From: Azolla caroliniana
Lineage: Eukaryota > Plantae > Polypodiophyta
Direction: 5' to 3'
NCBI GenBank assembly: GCA_043228905.1
Contig: JBHGNT010000007.1
Coordinates: 6,262,001 to 6,326,000, forward strand
DNA: 64,000 bases
This document shows, piece by piece, positions 24,585 to 42,608 of the stretch (positions are counted from its first letter, which is position 1; every line of letters begins with the position of its first letter). Made by a program: the position numbers and the translations under genes. Under the pieces are notes generated by a model that ran no database searches, had not been told where the DNA came from, and was given only the letters and a program-made list of their open reading frames with translations.

Positions 24585-25505
24585 GTGATACCATCCCTTC
24601 AAATTGGTATTAGAGCCACGAGGTGAAAGATGGAAGGAGGCGTTAGTGGCTTCCAATGTATGATAGTTCTAAACTCTCAAAACTATGTTGACTATAAGAT
24701 AAAGATGGAAGAGCTTCTCATAGTTAAAGACATGTACAAGCCCATCGACAAAGTAGAAATACCGACAGGGGTATTAGATTCTAAATGGAAACTTGTAAAC
24801 AGAAATGTGGTGGTCACCATCAGACAGTGTGTTGATGTGAGTGTCCTTCAGCACGTGGCGAACGACACAAATGCCTATGAGATGTGGCAAAAGTTGTCAA
24901 ATCTGTATGAGAGGAAGAACATCCTCAACAAAACATCTTTGATGAGAAAAATTGTGAGGTTGAAGCGTTGTGGAGCACGTAAGCACATTCATGGGGTATG
25001 TGAACCAACTTGTTGCAACCAAGTTTCCCCTTGATGATGCAATGCAGGCCATCCTCTTAGTGTGTACCCTACTGGATAGTTGGGAGAATTTAGTGGTGAC
25101 TCTCAGCACCTCGTGCCAAGAAGAAAACTTCTCATGGAAGGGAAAAGGAAACACGACATTGCATTGTAAAAGTTGGAATACATGCCCAAGACTTTTGACT
25201 TTATAGTACACGCAAATACCCAATGTGAGAGAATACGAAGATGCCAAAAGCCACAAAAAATGGCCATGTAAAATCAATCAAATCCTTGTTGACTCAAAGT
25301 CTAGTTCCAATTGCGTTTTTCATCAAACGTGCTAACAAGGAGATGAAATAGTCTATCTCTAACTACTCTCCGTCCACAAGTGGAGTAGAAACCTTTTTTC
25401 AACAAAGTGGGGCCCAACGAAATAAGACAGAGAAAGAAAGATATATTACCGTCCTTTAAGAGGCCAAAATGGCATATAAGACCAAACAAGAGATTACATC
25501 TTGAG

Positions 25506-25544
<39 letters not shown>

Positions 25545-26170
25545 ACCTTTTAATAAATGTCAAGTTTGTGGCTACACTTAATTTGATCATTATGTTAATA
25601 TAAACTTTGGCTAAAACCCATTTAATTTATTATATGAGTTTTAGTATTAACTCCATCACTTTCATATATGAGATGTGAAGTATACATAACTCATCCTTCA
25701 CTTTCAAACACTCTTATGTTTCTTTCATTCATTACCTGCCCACATTCATTCATTCATTCATTCATTCCATGGAGAAGCCTCACAAACTCATCCCCTCGGA
25801 ATGGAAATCCGAAGAGATTAGAGAAGTGCGAGAGAAATTGAGATACTCCCATCCAATTGGCCTTATGCTTCATTATGAAGGTTGGTCCTGACCCGGCTCC
25901 TTTCGAGCTTTCAGCGAAGTGCAATCGATGACGCCTATTTGTGTCTTTCCAACTCGACTACCCACAACTTCTCCGGCTTCTCGAGAAAGGAGAACCATTC
26001 TTTATGGTTCTTCATATGGTTGGAAGCTCCAGAATCCACATACCAGACTTCTTCCGAGTTCGAGTCGGATAATCCCATCCGGTTGGCCTTATGCGTCATT
26101 ACGAGGGTCGGTCTCAACCTGGCCCCTTTCGAACTTCCGGTGAAGTGCGATCAATGACGCCTATCCGTGT

Positions 26171-26951
26171 TGTCGTGCCTTTTGGCGCCAGATCGTTGCG
26201 TGAGTCGGATGGGAACCGTTGGGGTTTTGGACTAGGAGGAAGAAGAATTTGAGACGAGTTTAGTTATGAATATGAATAGATTATAAGAAAGAGAGATAGA
26301 AAACTTATGAATCCCACAAGTATAATGAATCTTATTAATCAATATATAGATAAGAATATGAATTTAGATTGAAAGAGAAGAATATAGAAACCTCGTGGAT
26401 CCCACGAGTATAGTTTATTTTATGAATCCCACAAATATAATTTATTAATTGGTGTTTTTCTTAGAAATATATCCAATTTCCAAAGTTTTCACACTCATTA
26501 CATTGTGCTCCCCATCCTTATATAGTGATGAGAGAGTCTTAGCAATCCATGCTTTTTCTCTAACTATAGACTATATGCTTTCTCTAACATGCTTCTTCTA
26601 AAAGTGATCATGCTTTTTTTTTTCTAACCTCATGCGTTTTTATTGACTATAGTGTTCATGCACATTAAATGTGCATGTATAGCTTTTTTATATCATGCGT
26701 TTTTCTTCTAACTAAAGCTTTTTCCTAGAAAATATGCGTGAAATAACCTTTCTATTTGGATATCTGCTTTTCTAACACTCATGATGTGTTAGTGTAATGG
26801 TAAGCCTTCAAATTATTAACATGGAGGTACAAGGTTTGAATCTTGCCCTATGCATGTAACATGTATTCTCATATTTTCTTCGTTTTCTTCATATTTATTA
26901 AATCGGTTATTTTATACGTTTTTCACGTAGTGTACGAAATACACTACGACA
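26171..26951 (-). repeat. Solo Gypsy LTR related to LTR 3066-4274
   Basis: Minus strand starts TGTCGTAGTGT like LTR 3066; termini TGTCG/CGACA; shared CATGCACAT..GTGCATG palindrome; no TSD. Confidence 0.75.
26783..26855 (+). ncRNA. tRNA-like Pol III cassette in solo LTR, antisense
   Basis: A box TAGTGTAATGG 26790-26800; B box GTTTGAATC 26834-26842 (likely CpG-decayed GTTCGAATC); 45-nt span. Confidence 0.6.
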
Positions 26952-28748
26952 ACGTCTTTCCGGCTCAATCTAGTTTTGTCCGAATCAGCCCTCTTCTTCT
27001 AGCACTCGCTTTCTTTGTGGCCTTTTCGGCCATAGTACCAACAATCCGATGCGGTCTTCCTTTGTCGGCTCCCGACTCCACCGCCTTGACTCCCCCTACT
27101 TCCGAAAGGTCTAGTACTACTATCGGTACCGTCTTTGTGCCTCTGATTCTACTCTTGTTGGTCGTTTGCATTGCGTGCCGATATGCCTCGACCTCCACGT
27201 CCACGGGGCCTATCTGCCTCCATGTACACCATATTGTTGTCGGTGTGTGTACTTGTCGACGTACACGCATGGTTCTCCTCTACAAGGAGCATCGACTGTA
27301 AGTCGAAAAACAAGGGCGTATTCTGCCTTGTACAAGCCATCGTTTGGAATGTTTTGAACTTCGACACAAGGCCCCCGAGACAGACCTGCACCATCTCATC
27401 TTCCTCGACAGTCACGTTGATGGAGGCAAGTGAGTCACAGATGTCTTTGATCTGGGTCGTGTAGTCAGTCACCAACATGTCCTTCTCCCGGAAATTTCTC
27501 AATTGTTGTCGGAGCTGCAGCTTCCGGGCCATGGTGCTTGCGGTGAGGACCTTCTTTAGGTTTCCGCAAGCATCCTTTGGCGTCTTGGTGTCCCGGATAT
27601 GGTTGAGTAGTTGATCACCGACACTGGACGCGAACAAGTACATAACCCTGCTTGCGGCTTGTTCCCAAGCTGGAAAGTCTTTATGTGCGGTATCAGGTGT
27701 TGTATCATTCACTCCGTCGACATAACTCCAATAGTCATTCCCAAGCAAGTACTGGTGCATCTTGTACAACCAAGATGTGTAGTTGGATTTGTCGAGCTTC
27801 TCCGTTGGGAGCGAGCTAGCCATTCCTCTGTCCATTTCTTTTATTTTCGGTTTATGCTTTTCTTGAAGTTAGGGTTCGTCTATGGAAATCGATTGTCAGC
27901 AGCAAAGGTTCTCAACCCTCACGCTCTGATACCATGTCAAAGTTAATATGCGGAAGCTTTGACAAACTGGTTTGCCCCGAGAGATAGAGAGAGCAAAACA
28001 TCATAAACTAAATTCAAAATAATAACACTCTGTACATACAATGTGTTCAATGAGCACTTTTATACAAGTCGTTAAAAGGACTGACATGTACTTCAATGCT
28101 CATACGAACGACTGACACAGACTCCCATAAGCCTACGTACTAGGCTAGATTCGTAGACCTCTAACGGCCTACTAGTTCATACTAATCCAGATTACGATCC
28201 AGCTCCCCTATCCGGCTGCTGGTTCCAAACAGCGATCCGGTTCCTCGTTCCGGATACCAATCCGGCTCTGGCTTATTCATTCGATACGAATCCGGTTGAG
28301 CTTGTCCACTCAATAGTTTCAAACCAAAAATATAATGTTAGTAGTATAACAACTTACCACTAAGGTAAACCAATCACAATAAAAAAAAGCTGGAGACTGA
28401 GATTTAGTTTCTTGGAAACTTTTATGAATGAGGAAGAGCCTATGTAAAAGGTCTACAATTTCACTTTTATACTTCCTCCTTCATTTAAGTAAATTACATT
28501 TATGTCCCTTTCATAGTTTGAGGATATCAAAGTTTATAGGTATTACCTTTATATCCCCTTTATAATGTTAGTTTCTCTTACTATCTATTAACCTAATTCC
28601 ACCAGGATTCTTGAGTCTATCCCCATTTGGCATGGAATGTGAAATGTTCAACAAATACTTAGAGGAGGCAAATGGGTGACACTAGAGTCCGGTGGAAGAA
28701 AGCGGGTGGGTTGGTGGGTGGAGGATAGGCAACTAATTAAGTGGGTGA

Positions 28749-28754
28749 TGTCGT

Positions 28755-28797
<43 letters not shown>

Positions 28798-29140
28798 AGA
28801 AGAAAACTTGAAATGGAAATGAGTCTATATTATAAGAGAACAAGGGTTGCAAAAGTAGTCTACGGGGCTAAAGACTGGTATTGAACCAAATGAGTTGTGA
28901 TGAATGTATGGACACCTATTTATAGGTTCTTATGGAGTATTCTAGAATATTTTAGATATTTATGATAATCATGAAATATTCTAGAATGTTCTAGAATACT
29001 CTAAATATCTTGTAATAACTAATAATATATTTAATATAATTATACACATATATGTTATTATAATGGTTAAAGGTTTAACATGTAGACCAAGAAGTTGTGG
29101 GTTCAAATCCTTGTATGTTACAATGTATGTCTTCATGACA
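28749..29140 (-). repeat. Solo chromovirus LTR (third family)
   Basis: Termini TGTCGTGA...TCATGACA; TSD GGTGA/GGTGT; shares AAGACTGGTATTGAACC, (GA)n and TTCTAGAA blocks with elements A and B. Confidence 0.75.
29049..29122 (+). ncRNA. tRNA-like Pol III cassette in solo chromovirus LTR, antisense
   Basis: A-box-like TATTATAATGG 29056-29066; B box GTTCAAATC 29101-29109 (46-nt span). Confidence 0.55.
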
Positions 29141-31085
29141 GGTGTTGGGTTAGTGCTCATATAGGTGGGAAACATAGTGGCAATGCAATTATAGTGAGGA
29201 TTAGTTTTTGAAAGTGACTGAACTGAATATTGGTGAGTGCTCATTGGTGGAGGTGGTGACAAAACTTTTGTTGGCCTTAAAAAATTTTATCAAAACTATC
29301 TTGTTTAGGATGAGGTGGTTGCATGCAAGAGGCAACTCGTCATTCTTTGTGTTGTTGCCTCATAAGATTGCTCGGGTTTCCAGAAAAGCACGACGACTCT
29401 CATTGTTTCAATGAGCTTTTCTCTAGTTTATATTTACATTGCCGAATTGTCTCTATACATTAGACTTTCCCAATTGGTAGAGAAATTTTTGATAACTCTC
29501 TAACTTTGATGGTATTGTGTAGCATTACCAAAAGAGGATATATGACAACAACAAATAATAATGGGCTTAACAAGAATTCTTGTTTGTACATGAGATAAGA
29601 AACATGGCTTGTGTCTTAGGCAATGTGGTATGATTTATTGTCACTTACTTAGTTATCCTATTAATAGGAATGTGCGGCCTAATGGGAAACTCCTAGAGTG
29701 GATAAACAACATATTATATGGAAGTTTATGTATTACAAATCAGAAGCCTTGCCATTTCATATTGTACTTACATTATAAGTACAATCAATCATAAATCGCA
29801 TAGTGTCACATTATTGAGCATTACTGTTTCCGAATTCTAGACAAGCTATTGAAAAACTAACATTGTTTGTGCTTGCAAACTTGGTAGGAGCAAGTAAAAA
29901 AGAATTCGTGAGGTTGCATTACTAAGGTTATTTGAACACAAAGTGAGTTGAAGATTCCCTTTTCTTAAGGTTGAGCTTGGGGACAACAACCATGTGTATA
30001 AATTATTTTCATTGAGGAATATGGTCTTATCATGGAAATAAAAGGAATTCAGCATCTTGTGGCATACATTAGTTATGATGGGAAGTTAGATGTGTAATAG
30101 ATTCAATGAATATTCACCATTTAGTGGGGGGTGGTAGAGCGTTTTGGAATTCCTAGAGTGGCCCCCCCACCAAAACAAGTAAGCATAATTCCATTGCAAT
30201 TGGAGGTCTTGAAGGCCTGTCCTCGTTTGAGGATGATAAGGACTCATTTCAAGCTCAATTTAGCTCTATAGTGTGTTGGGTTTGTTACTATGTTGTATGT
30301 CATATTGGAATCACAAAGAAGAATATTCATGGATTTTTGAATCATTAGGACTAGGTTTCATTTACTTAGAAATTACCAAGCTATATGGTTTTGGACACAA
30401 GAAGTAATCACTTTACCAATTCTACATTTTTGAGGCTATGCATAAAGTAGATTGGACATTTGATGTAGAATGGGAATCAAGAGGCCCAATTGTTGATGGA
30501 AGATCATGGTGTACTTTGGGTGGTGGCTTTCTCTAAATCTTTCAAATTTAAAATATTGATTTCATGGAGGGATATTGTGACGAAAAAATGTTGACTAAAT
30601 TGTCCAAAATGACTTCAAAGGAGCGCCATAGTTGACATTGGTTTATAAGTTGCTCGATGCAAATATATATTTCGAAATTCATATATGACATATACGTTTT
30701 TTCATTGGATGTGGGGTATAGGTGTAGTTCCACATGATATTGCATCCCTACCCATTGTAGTTCTACATTTCATAATTCATATGCTACTATTCACAAGAAA
30801 AAAGAGATGCAGAATAAAAATTAATTTTTGTCTTTATTATGATGATCATTTTGGGGGGTGAATGGGGGAGCCTAGCCTCCATGGTCAGATGCATTATGGC
30901 CGAGTAGAGGTTGCATAAAGAACCATTGGTAGCACACATAAATGCACATTACATCCCCATGCAATAGTAAATGCAAAACAATAGTAATTTAGCATAGTAC
31001 AAAGAAAGGTCTTTAAATAGAATGCTCCTTTAAAATAAGGTATTGTTGTCTGATGTTCTTTGAATAGTTAATAGAACACACTCGA

Positions 31086-35288
<4,203 letters not shown>

Positions 35289-36029
35289 CTTTTAATGGTG
35301 TTGATCAATCAAGCTCAATCTTACAATCCCACTTCTTAATTAACACTTAGAATTTTAATCAATGAATTGTAATGGTTATATATGTATGGGAGCAGGAGGA
35401 GGAGGAGGGGGATGCTGCTGCTTAGTAGATAGTAAGTAAGCAAAGGATTGGGCTTACTAACTAACTACCAAGCAAGCAACCTGCGGGTACCTATTAAATT
35501 ATATAATGATGCCGATGTAATTAGCAGCTCAATTAGAGGAGCTAATTTTGAATTAGCTAGGGGATTAATCCAAAATCAATGGGTCTGTCCAGTAGGGATT
35601 TTATTAATTAGCAGTAATGCAAATCAACATGATGCTACACACGCACAGATAGACAGAAAATTCAAAGCAAGTTGCACAGGCAAATTCTGATGACTAGGGT
35701 TAAAGATTAGGGTTGGGGATTTAGAGTGTAGAAGGGAATTGGAGGAGGCCCAGGTTTTTATAATGAAGGCAGAATCGGAAGAAAGAGAGAGAGAGAGATA
35801 ATGGAATATTTGGAAGCCGGCATATCAGATCATAAGAGTGATAGGATTCCACTCCTCTTTACTGCAGATATTGGATTATATATATATATATACATATATA
35901 TATATGCATAAAAATTATGTACATACTACTACACATAAGAAAACCATGGCTATAGCTTCATCATGGATCCATGGATCATTTCTTATGCATGCATTTCAGG
36001 GAGTCCCCACCCACCTACAAATTGACACA

Positions 36030-36091
36030 TATACATACATACATACATACATACATACATCATCATAACTCATGCATGCATACATAACTCA

Positions 36092-36145
<54 letters not shown>

Positions 36146-36750
36146 GTGGTATGTCTGTAAACGTCTCGCTTTCACTTCCTTTTTCTTGTTGTGTGACCGT
36201 CCAATTTCATTCAGTATACATGCATACATACATACATAGATACATCCAATTTGTAATTGTAATTGTAATTGTAATTACAATTACAATGGGAATGGGAATG
36301 GGAATGGCAATGGATGGTTTGATTTGGGTAGTTAATGGGTTCTGATTAGGCGGCCTCATCATCATCATCATCATCATCACCACCATTCCTTCTCCACCAA
36401 TCCGCATACCTAATTAGATTGTTATAATTATGCTACACACGCACACACCTATGATGCTTTTTAATGATTGAGAAGACCCAGGAAACAAAAACACGCTTTT
36501 AATGTGTGTGTGTCTGTATATGTGTCTGTACTTCACATTCAAAGCTCACAAAATCTCTCTCTCTCTCTCTTTCTCTCTTTCCTTTCCTTTTATAGGTATG
36601 CATCCTTCTCCTAACCAAACCAAATTTTATGCTCCCCATTATATATACACAAATATGTATGCTGTATGGTTCAACCCGGCAATAATTCATGATCATTTCG
36701 TCTGTCTCCTTCTTCTTCTTCTTCTTCTTCTTCTTCTTCTTCTTCTTCTT
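36030..36750. repeat. Cluster of simple repeats ((TACA)n, (GTAATT)n, (CAT)n, (CTT)n) upstream of SWEET
   Basis: Directly visible. Confidence 0.85.
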
Positions 36751-38535
36751 TTTAACCAATTTTTCATTCCTGATGGATGATCATCGCTTCGATCTTCCTT
36801 CCTCTCTTTCTGTCTTTCTTTTTGGGAATGTGTAATTATAAGTTTTCCAGTGTATCATATTCCAAAAAGAGTGCATTCGCATTATTTTAGGTCTAAAGAT
36901 TTCTGGAAGCAGACAGAGCCCAAGTTATATGTGATATATGATATGTGTGTGTGTGTGTGTCGAAACAGAAACAGAAAGAGAGGATTATATAATGCATTTA
37001 AAAAGTTACTTTGATTCCTGCTGCAGCTTATAAAACGCATCGCTTAACAAACATACATTAACATAGACGGATGGAAAGGTCGATACTATATAATTGGGCT
37101 TGTGATTAGTCCATCTCATCATGCAAGACACACTCTATGAATCCACGCGAACAATACACATCCTTCCTCCTTCCTGCAGTACGCTAATTACAACAAAACC
37201 CCCTGCATTTTCAATAACAATCCCCTACCAAGCAACAATCGCAGGAGATTGTATCTCTGGAATCTATAGATCCGATAAGTTTCTCAAATACACCCCATGA
37301 GCTAGGGTTTAGGTCATATGATTTGTTCATTGCTAGATTCTGAGAAGAGAATGGCACAAATGCTTAGCGAAGCCAAACAATTAAAGAAGAGTATGAATGG
37401 CTGTGGATTTTAGATATAATATTGGTGGCCCTTCAATCACCTTCTGTCTGCGATGAGCTTAAGAAGAATATTCACAGCATTGAAAAACCACTGGCTAATT
37501 AAGCATTAAGAAGATTCGCAAGTTGTCGTTCCATAGATTAAAAAAAATCTGTACAGGATCTCCAAAGTTCTCATTTACCTGCAACTATGCAGAGGAAGAG
37601 ACAATATACCTAAAAAAACAAGAAAAAGCAAATTGTATGTACATATGCTGATTATTAATCTTCTTCTGCATACCGCGCTTAGCCCAGGCTTCCTGTGGGT
37701 ACTAGATGGAGTAGGCATAGGGATGATGGCATCAAACAGATCGCAGGCTATGGATTAAATCTCTCAAGGAGTTCGAAAATTGATGAAGCACCAGTCAGTC
37801 TCATTCTCAATATCCTGCCTCTAATCGGAGATGAAGCTCCATGTAAGTCTCTGAAGTGGTCTGAGATAGATCCCTGCACATAATAATCAGGCATGGTTTT
37901 TAGGGTTTGATAGGATCAAAACATGGTAGCGATGCGATAGAAGCAGGTCTGTGTATCCTGCAGCCTTTCATGTTCCATTATGTGTTCTGCATACACCACA
38001 ATGGCATCTAGTAAATTAAGAAAAGATGTATCTGAGTAACCCTAAGGGCATCGACTAAATTAAGGAAAACCCCCCAAGCCTAGGGCTAGTTTTTCAACAA
38101 CTTATCACAAAGGGTGAGCTAATTACAATAAAAATGAACAATTAGTATTAGTTAGTGAAAAAGAATGGACCGGTCGGCCAGACCAACTAGTTATCGAAAT
38201 ATCCCATAAAAGCACCTCTTTGTGCCTAGATTTCTCTGCAGTTCTAAGAGGAATGCTGAATTTAAAGATCAACATTATGGAAATGCCCGCATTTCCAAAA
38301 ATAAGGCATGGGTGCTTCAAAATTTGAGTTAGTGAAAGAATGATACAAAAAGTACACTATGAATTGTTTCTTGTCGTCCTAGAAGAAAAGGCGCATACCA
38401 TCATTTGACCAGACTAGCTAGTTATCAAAAATCCCATTGGATGACAATTGATGATGAGTTAAAGGCTCTCCTCTTGATGAGCAATCTCTCCCCTTCGTGG
38501 GAAACCTTTGTAACAACTTTGTGCAATGCGTCGAC

Positions 38536-39401
38536 CATAGTATGAACCATGCGTACCATTCGTGCATTCGTGTTTGAGAATGATTCAATCATTCGAGAAT
38601 GATAAACACTCTCGAAGAATGATAAATACCATACTTTTGGATAAATGGTTTACTATAAGGTAAACATTTTTTCACGGAAAAAAAATTTCAAAAATTTCAA
38701 AAATTTCATCAAGAAATTTCAAAAATTTCAGTGATGAAATTTCATCACGAAATTTCACTGATGAAATTTCATCACGAAATTTCTGAAAGATGAAAATTCA
38801 TCACTGAAATTTCAGAAATTTCAATCAAAATTTCATCACGAAATTTCTGAAAGATGAAATTTCATCACAGAAATTTCAGAATTTTCATCACAGAAATTTC
38901 AGAAATTTCACGATGAAATTTCATCACAGAAATTTCAGAAATTTCAATCAAAATTTCAGAAATTTCAGTGATGATTGAAATTTCAAAAATTTCAATCATC
39001 ACTGAAATTTCGTTGATGAAATTTCATCACAGAAATTTCTGTGATGAAATTTCTGATTTTTTAGCACAGAAATTTCTGATTTTTCAGCACAGAAATTTCA
39101 TCACTGAAATTAAAACCATATTTCTACACTAAATATACCTGAAGGTTGAATGCACTCTGCAGAACCGCAAATCGTTTGAGGCTAGGTTGTAGAGGAGAAG
39201 AGAGCGTAACGTTAGTGCAGAGGAAAAGGGAGAAAAGAGGGAAAATTTGAAAAAAATTGAAAAAAAAATGAAAAAAAATGAAAAAAAAAATGAAAAAAAT
39301 GAAAAAAAAAAACACACGAATATTTGCATATCATTCGTGTTCGTTTTCCAACGTATGAAAACGAATGATATGGCAGACGAACACGAATTTTACGTACTAT
39401 G
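38536..39401. mobile_element. Non-autonomous hAT-type DNA transposon (MITE)
   Basis: Perfect 8-bp TSD GCGTCGAC (38528-38535, 39402-39409); TIRs CATAGTA(T/C)G; subterminal TTCGTG motifs; interrupts the Copia gag. Confidence 0.85.
38680..39110. repeat. Array of palindromic GAAATTTC units inside the MITE
   Basis: Many GAAATTTC units with CATCAC/GTGATG spacers in both orientations. Confidence 0.9.
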
Positions 39402-42233
39402 GCGTCGACTACAACCGTAAAATACTCCGAAATGGCGAGCTCTATCTTGTCTGAAGACACTCGAAGAAAACCATTCACACATGAGTCGGCAAACAATGCT
39501 TTCATAGTGCAAAGTTCAACTGACCGACCGAATAGCCGAGGAAGAAGTTCTTCCTAACAACTGACTAATGCCATAGGCTGAAGTAAGTCCAGGGACACCC
39601 GGATATGTGATTACTATAAGAAACTTGGACACATCAAGGCCGAATGTTGTGTCCTCAAGGCCAAAAATGAAAAGGCGAGCAAAAGGGCAACCGACATGAG
39701 GAAGTAAATTTCGTCGACTTTTCTTCCTCTATTGGCCCTTCGGCCGAAATTCTATCCAACGACCCAAACATTCTATTCATCGAGAACTTGGTCAAATCAA
39801 AAGTTATGTATATGACCGAAGAATCCACCAACTAGTTTCTCAATTCGGGTGCATCATATCATGTGACCCCTCATCGGTCACAATTTCAACACTACTCGGC
39901 TTGGCATTCCGACTTAGTCCAAGTCGGAAACTCTCAGTATTGTGCCATAGTTGGAATTGGCCCAATAGAACTCAACCTACTAGGTGGTTCTACTTTGATA
40001 CTTCACAATGTTCGACACGTCCTAGAATTGAGGAGGCCACTTATCTCAGTGGGACAACTTGATGAAGACAGCATTTGTGCCTTCTTCTCGTTGGGAGGGT
40101 GGACACTCCACAAAGGGAACCTCTTATTTGCTCGAGGGCCGAAGGTACATTCGTTGTACCCATTTTATGTCACACTCTGAGAGGGTGACTTATTCTTGGT
40201 TGATATTCCGGTGTCATCCTTGTGGCATGGACAACCAGACCACCTAAGTAAGGCCGGCATCATGCACCTATCTAGAGCCAACGATATCCCCAGACTCTCT
40301 TTCTCTGACCACCAATTTTGTAAGAATTTCCAGTATGGCAAACAAGCCACAGCTTCACACCCGACAACTGCACTTAGAGAGTCGAGCCCACACGACTTAG
40401 TCCATTTGGACGTTTGTGGTCTGATGCCACATCAGTCCCTCGCAACGCGTCATCCTTCATCGCATTTATCAACGACGCAACTCGGAAGGTGTGGGCCTAT
40501 TTGGCCAGAACAAAAGATCGTGTGTTCAGGATCTTCTCAAAATGGCTCCCGATGGTCGGAATCAGACTGACCGAAAATTGAAATGTTGCAAGTTTAATAG
40601 TGATGAAGAATATATATCGGATGAATTCATCACATTCTGTTGACAACACTGCATTACGACGGTACGCAGCTCCATTAGTTCGAAGCAAAATGGGATTGCA
40701 AAGCACATGAACCGAACAATTCAGAAACGAATTATTTCCACGTTGCATCATGTCAGAATTTCGGATGGTTTCTAGGTGGAGACTATGCTCACTATAGTAC
40801 ATTGTTATTAATTAGGTAATTATCTAGGGTTAATTAGTGACTAATTATGTGAGTAGTTAAACAACGGAAGATTATGTGATTTGTGTGTGTATGTCTGTGA
40901 TAGATAGATAGATAGATAGATAGGTTATATTATCGTCTTCGGAGGCCAAATATGACCTATGAGACCAAAATTATTTCATTTCACATGATACGTGTGAAAG
41001 TGAGTAGTGACTCTCGATGTTCAAGAACTTTACCAATGAATGTTGCAATCGAGAGTGCACATTGTGGTTATGAGAGAAATTCATGCAAGGATTGGGCTCG
41101 GTCGAAGAGATGTGGAAAGCATGGTCGAATATTATCAAAGGAAGAGCATTGTATCAAAGTGTAATACTCAGACTCGCGAACTTGTTTAGGGCAAAGGGTG
41201 CATAGCCAACCACTCTCATCACTTGTGCCCCAACGCCCTGTCTCACATCGCAATGCATGTGAGCTAAGTCGCATGGAAGCAATGGTTCGAATGGCAGATA
41301 GCAGTATGGGCTCTAACATGTATCGATGTGTACGATTTCCCTGTTCTGCAAAGAATATGGTTTTGTAGTTAGGTGCAACATGTGTAGTATAATGTGTGAA
41401 GCGTGAGCCTCCACATTTGTCCCATGTCATGATACATTGGCGTTGCAAGAAGGCCTCATTTATAGAGGAGTCTAGTTATGCATCATGAAGCAAGTGACTT
41501 GCATCCCTTCTACCAAACCATTTTTCTATATCTTGCAACTGGAACACAAAATTTTGATTTTATGCGACTTTTGGATCTTTTTGCATGCTTCCCATGCAAT
41601 TCTAGGAAGTCGATGTGAGTGACTATTTTGAACCTTAAGCATGTATTCAACAACCCTTTCCATGGTCATGATCGCAATGGGAAGCGATCCTGTCTCAAGG
41701 AGGACAAAGGTGTTTGTTTCTTAACTTGTAGAAACTTTGTAAGAAAATGTTTTTGGACATTTTCAAACTCTTTCCACATAGATTTAGGGATGCTACCGCC
41801 CCATACTTCCACCCCATAGAGAAGAACCAGTGTCACCAAAGTGTTGAAAAGATATTTCTTGAGTACCCAACACTTAATATCTCCAAGATTGCATGTGTTC
41901 TCAAATGCATAATATGCTCACTTACCCGCCTCTAAGCGGCGTGTAACACATTCATTCCATCTATGATTTGAAGGAACTTCACGGCCAAGATATTTGAAGC
42001 TTTCCACACATTCAACCGGCTCATTGTGGTACATAATGCATGGTTTATTTCTTTTTTGGCTCTTAACAAGCATAATCTTTGTTTTAGAGCTATTGACACT
42101 TAATTTAGTATACATGCAAAAAAATTCCAATGCCTTCAAAAGCTTTTGTGCATCTCCTCAAGTATTTGCAAAAAGCACTACATCATTTGCATATAGCAAA
42201 AGCATAATCACAACATTCCCAATGGCAACTTCT

Positions 42234-42543
42234 TGACGCAAAATATGCGGAATATTACTCGGCCACAACCAAGTCTTAGATCGTTTCATTTAGAATAGAA
42301 CACCAAGAATGGGAATGGAGGTGGATACACGTACACACAAACAATATGAGAGAGGGTACACAGTATGTTAACGTGGAAAACCCTAAATGGGAAAAACCAC
42401 GGGAGTCCACAAACTCCGAACTATCACTATGTAAGGAGAATACAACAGGTGAACACAGAGGCAACAACCTCTTGCTCACAATCTTTGTCTGGCGGCGGTT
42501 ACAATAGAGAATCACTCTCTCTCTCTCTCACTCTCTCTCTCTC

Positions 42544-42608
<65 letters not shown>

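Larger units (their letters stand above)
18925..24590 (-). mobile_element. Full-length degenerate chromovirus (Tcn1/Tf1-like Ty3/Gypsy), element A
   Basis: LTRs 18925-19341 and 24177-24590; TSD CCATA/CCATC; PPT at 19342-19357; gag, PR, RT, RH, IN and chromodomain homologous to 50626-55379. Confidence 0.95.
18195..25140 (+). mobile_element. Truncated Copia element (5' LTR 18195-24601 split by a chromovirus, PBS, gag)
   Basis: PBS TGGTATTAGAGC at 24605-24616; gag 24630-~25140 (MEGGVSGF...YKIKMEELLIVKD); U5 hairpin motif at 18799-18827. Confidence 0.82.
25850..28315 (-). mobile_element. Truncated Copia element (5' LTR ~27935-28315, PBS, gag, PR fragments) with a nested solo LTR
   Basis: PBS TGGTATCAGAGC at 27923-27934; gag ORF 27149-27835 (KLDKSNYTSW); PR motif VWYVDSGASNHM at ~26015-26050. 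Confidence 0.85.
38440..40800 (+). mobile_element. Highly degenerate Copia internal region (gag, PR, IN)
   Basis: LLMSNL.PSWE gag motif at ~38470; zinc-knuckle remnant ~39610; SGASYHVTP; LHNVRHV; LISVGQLD; LVHLDVCG; no LTRs recognised. Confidence 0.75.

Noticed and set aside
29300-30950. Possible decayed DNA-transposase relic downstream of SWEET
   Set aside because: No catalytic motif, TIR or TSD that I could verify by eye; needs tBLASTx.
37000-38100. Possible pseudogene or exon fragments upstream of SWEET
   Set aside because: Coding-like texture but multiple stops and no recognisable family.
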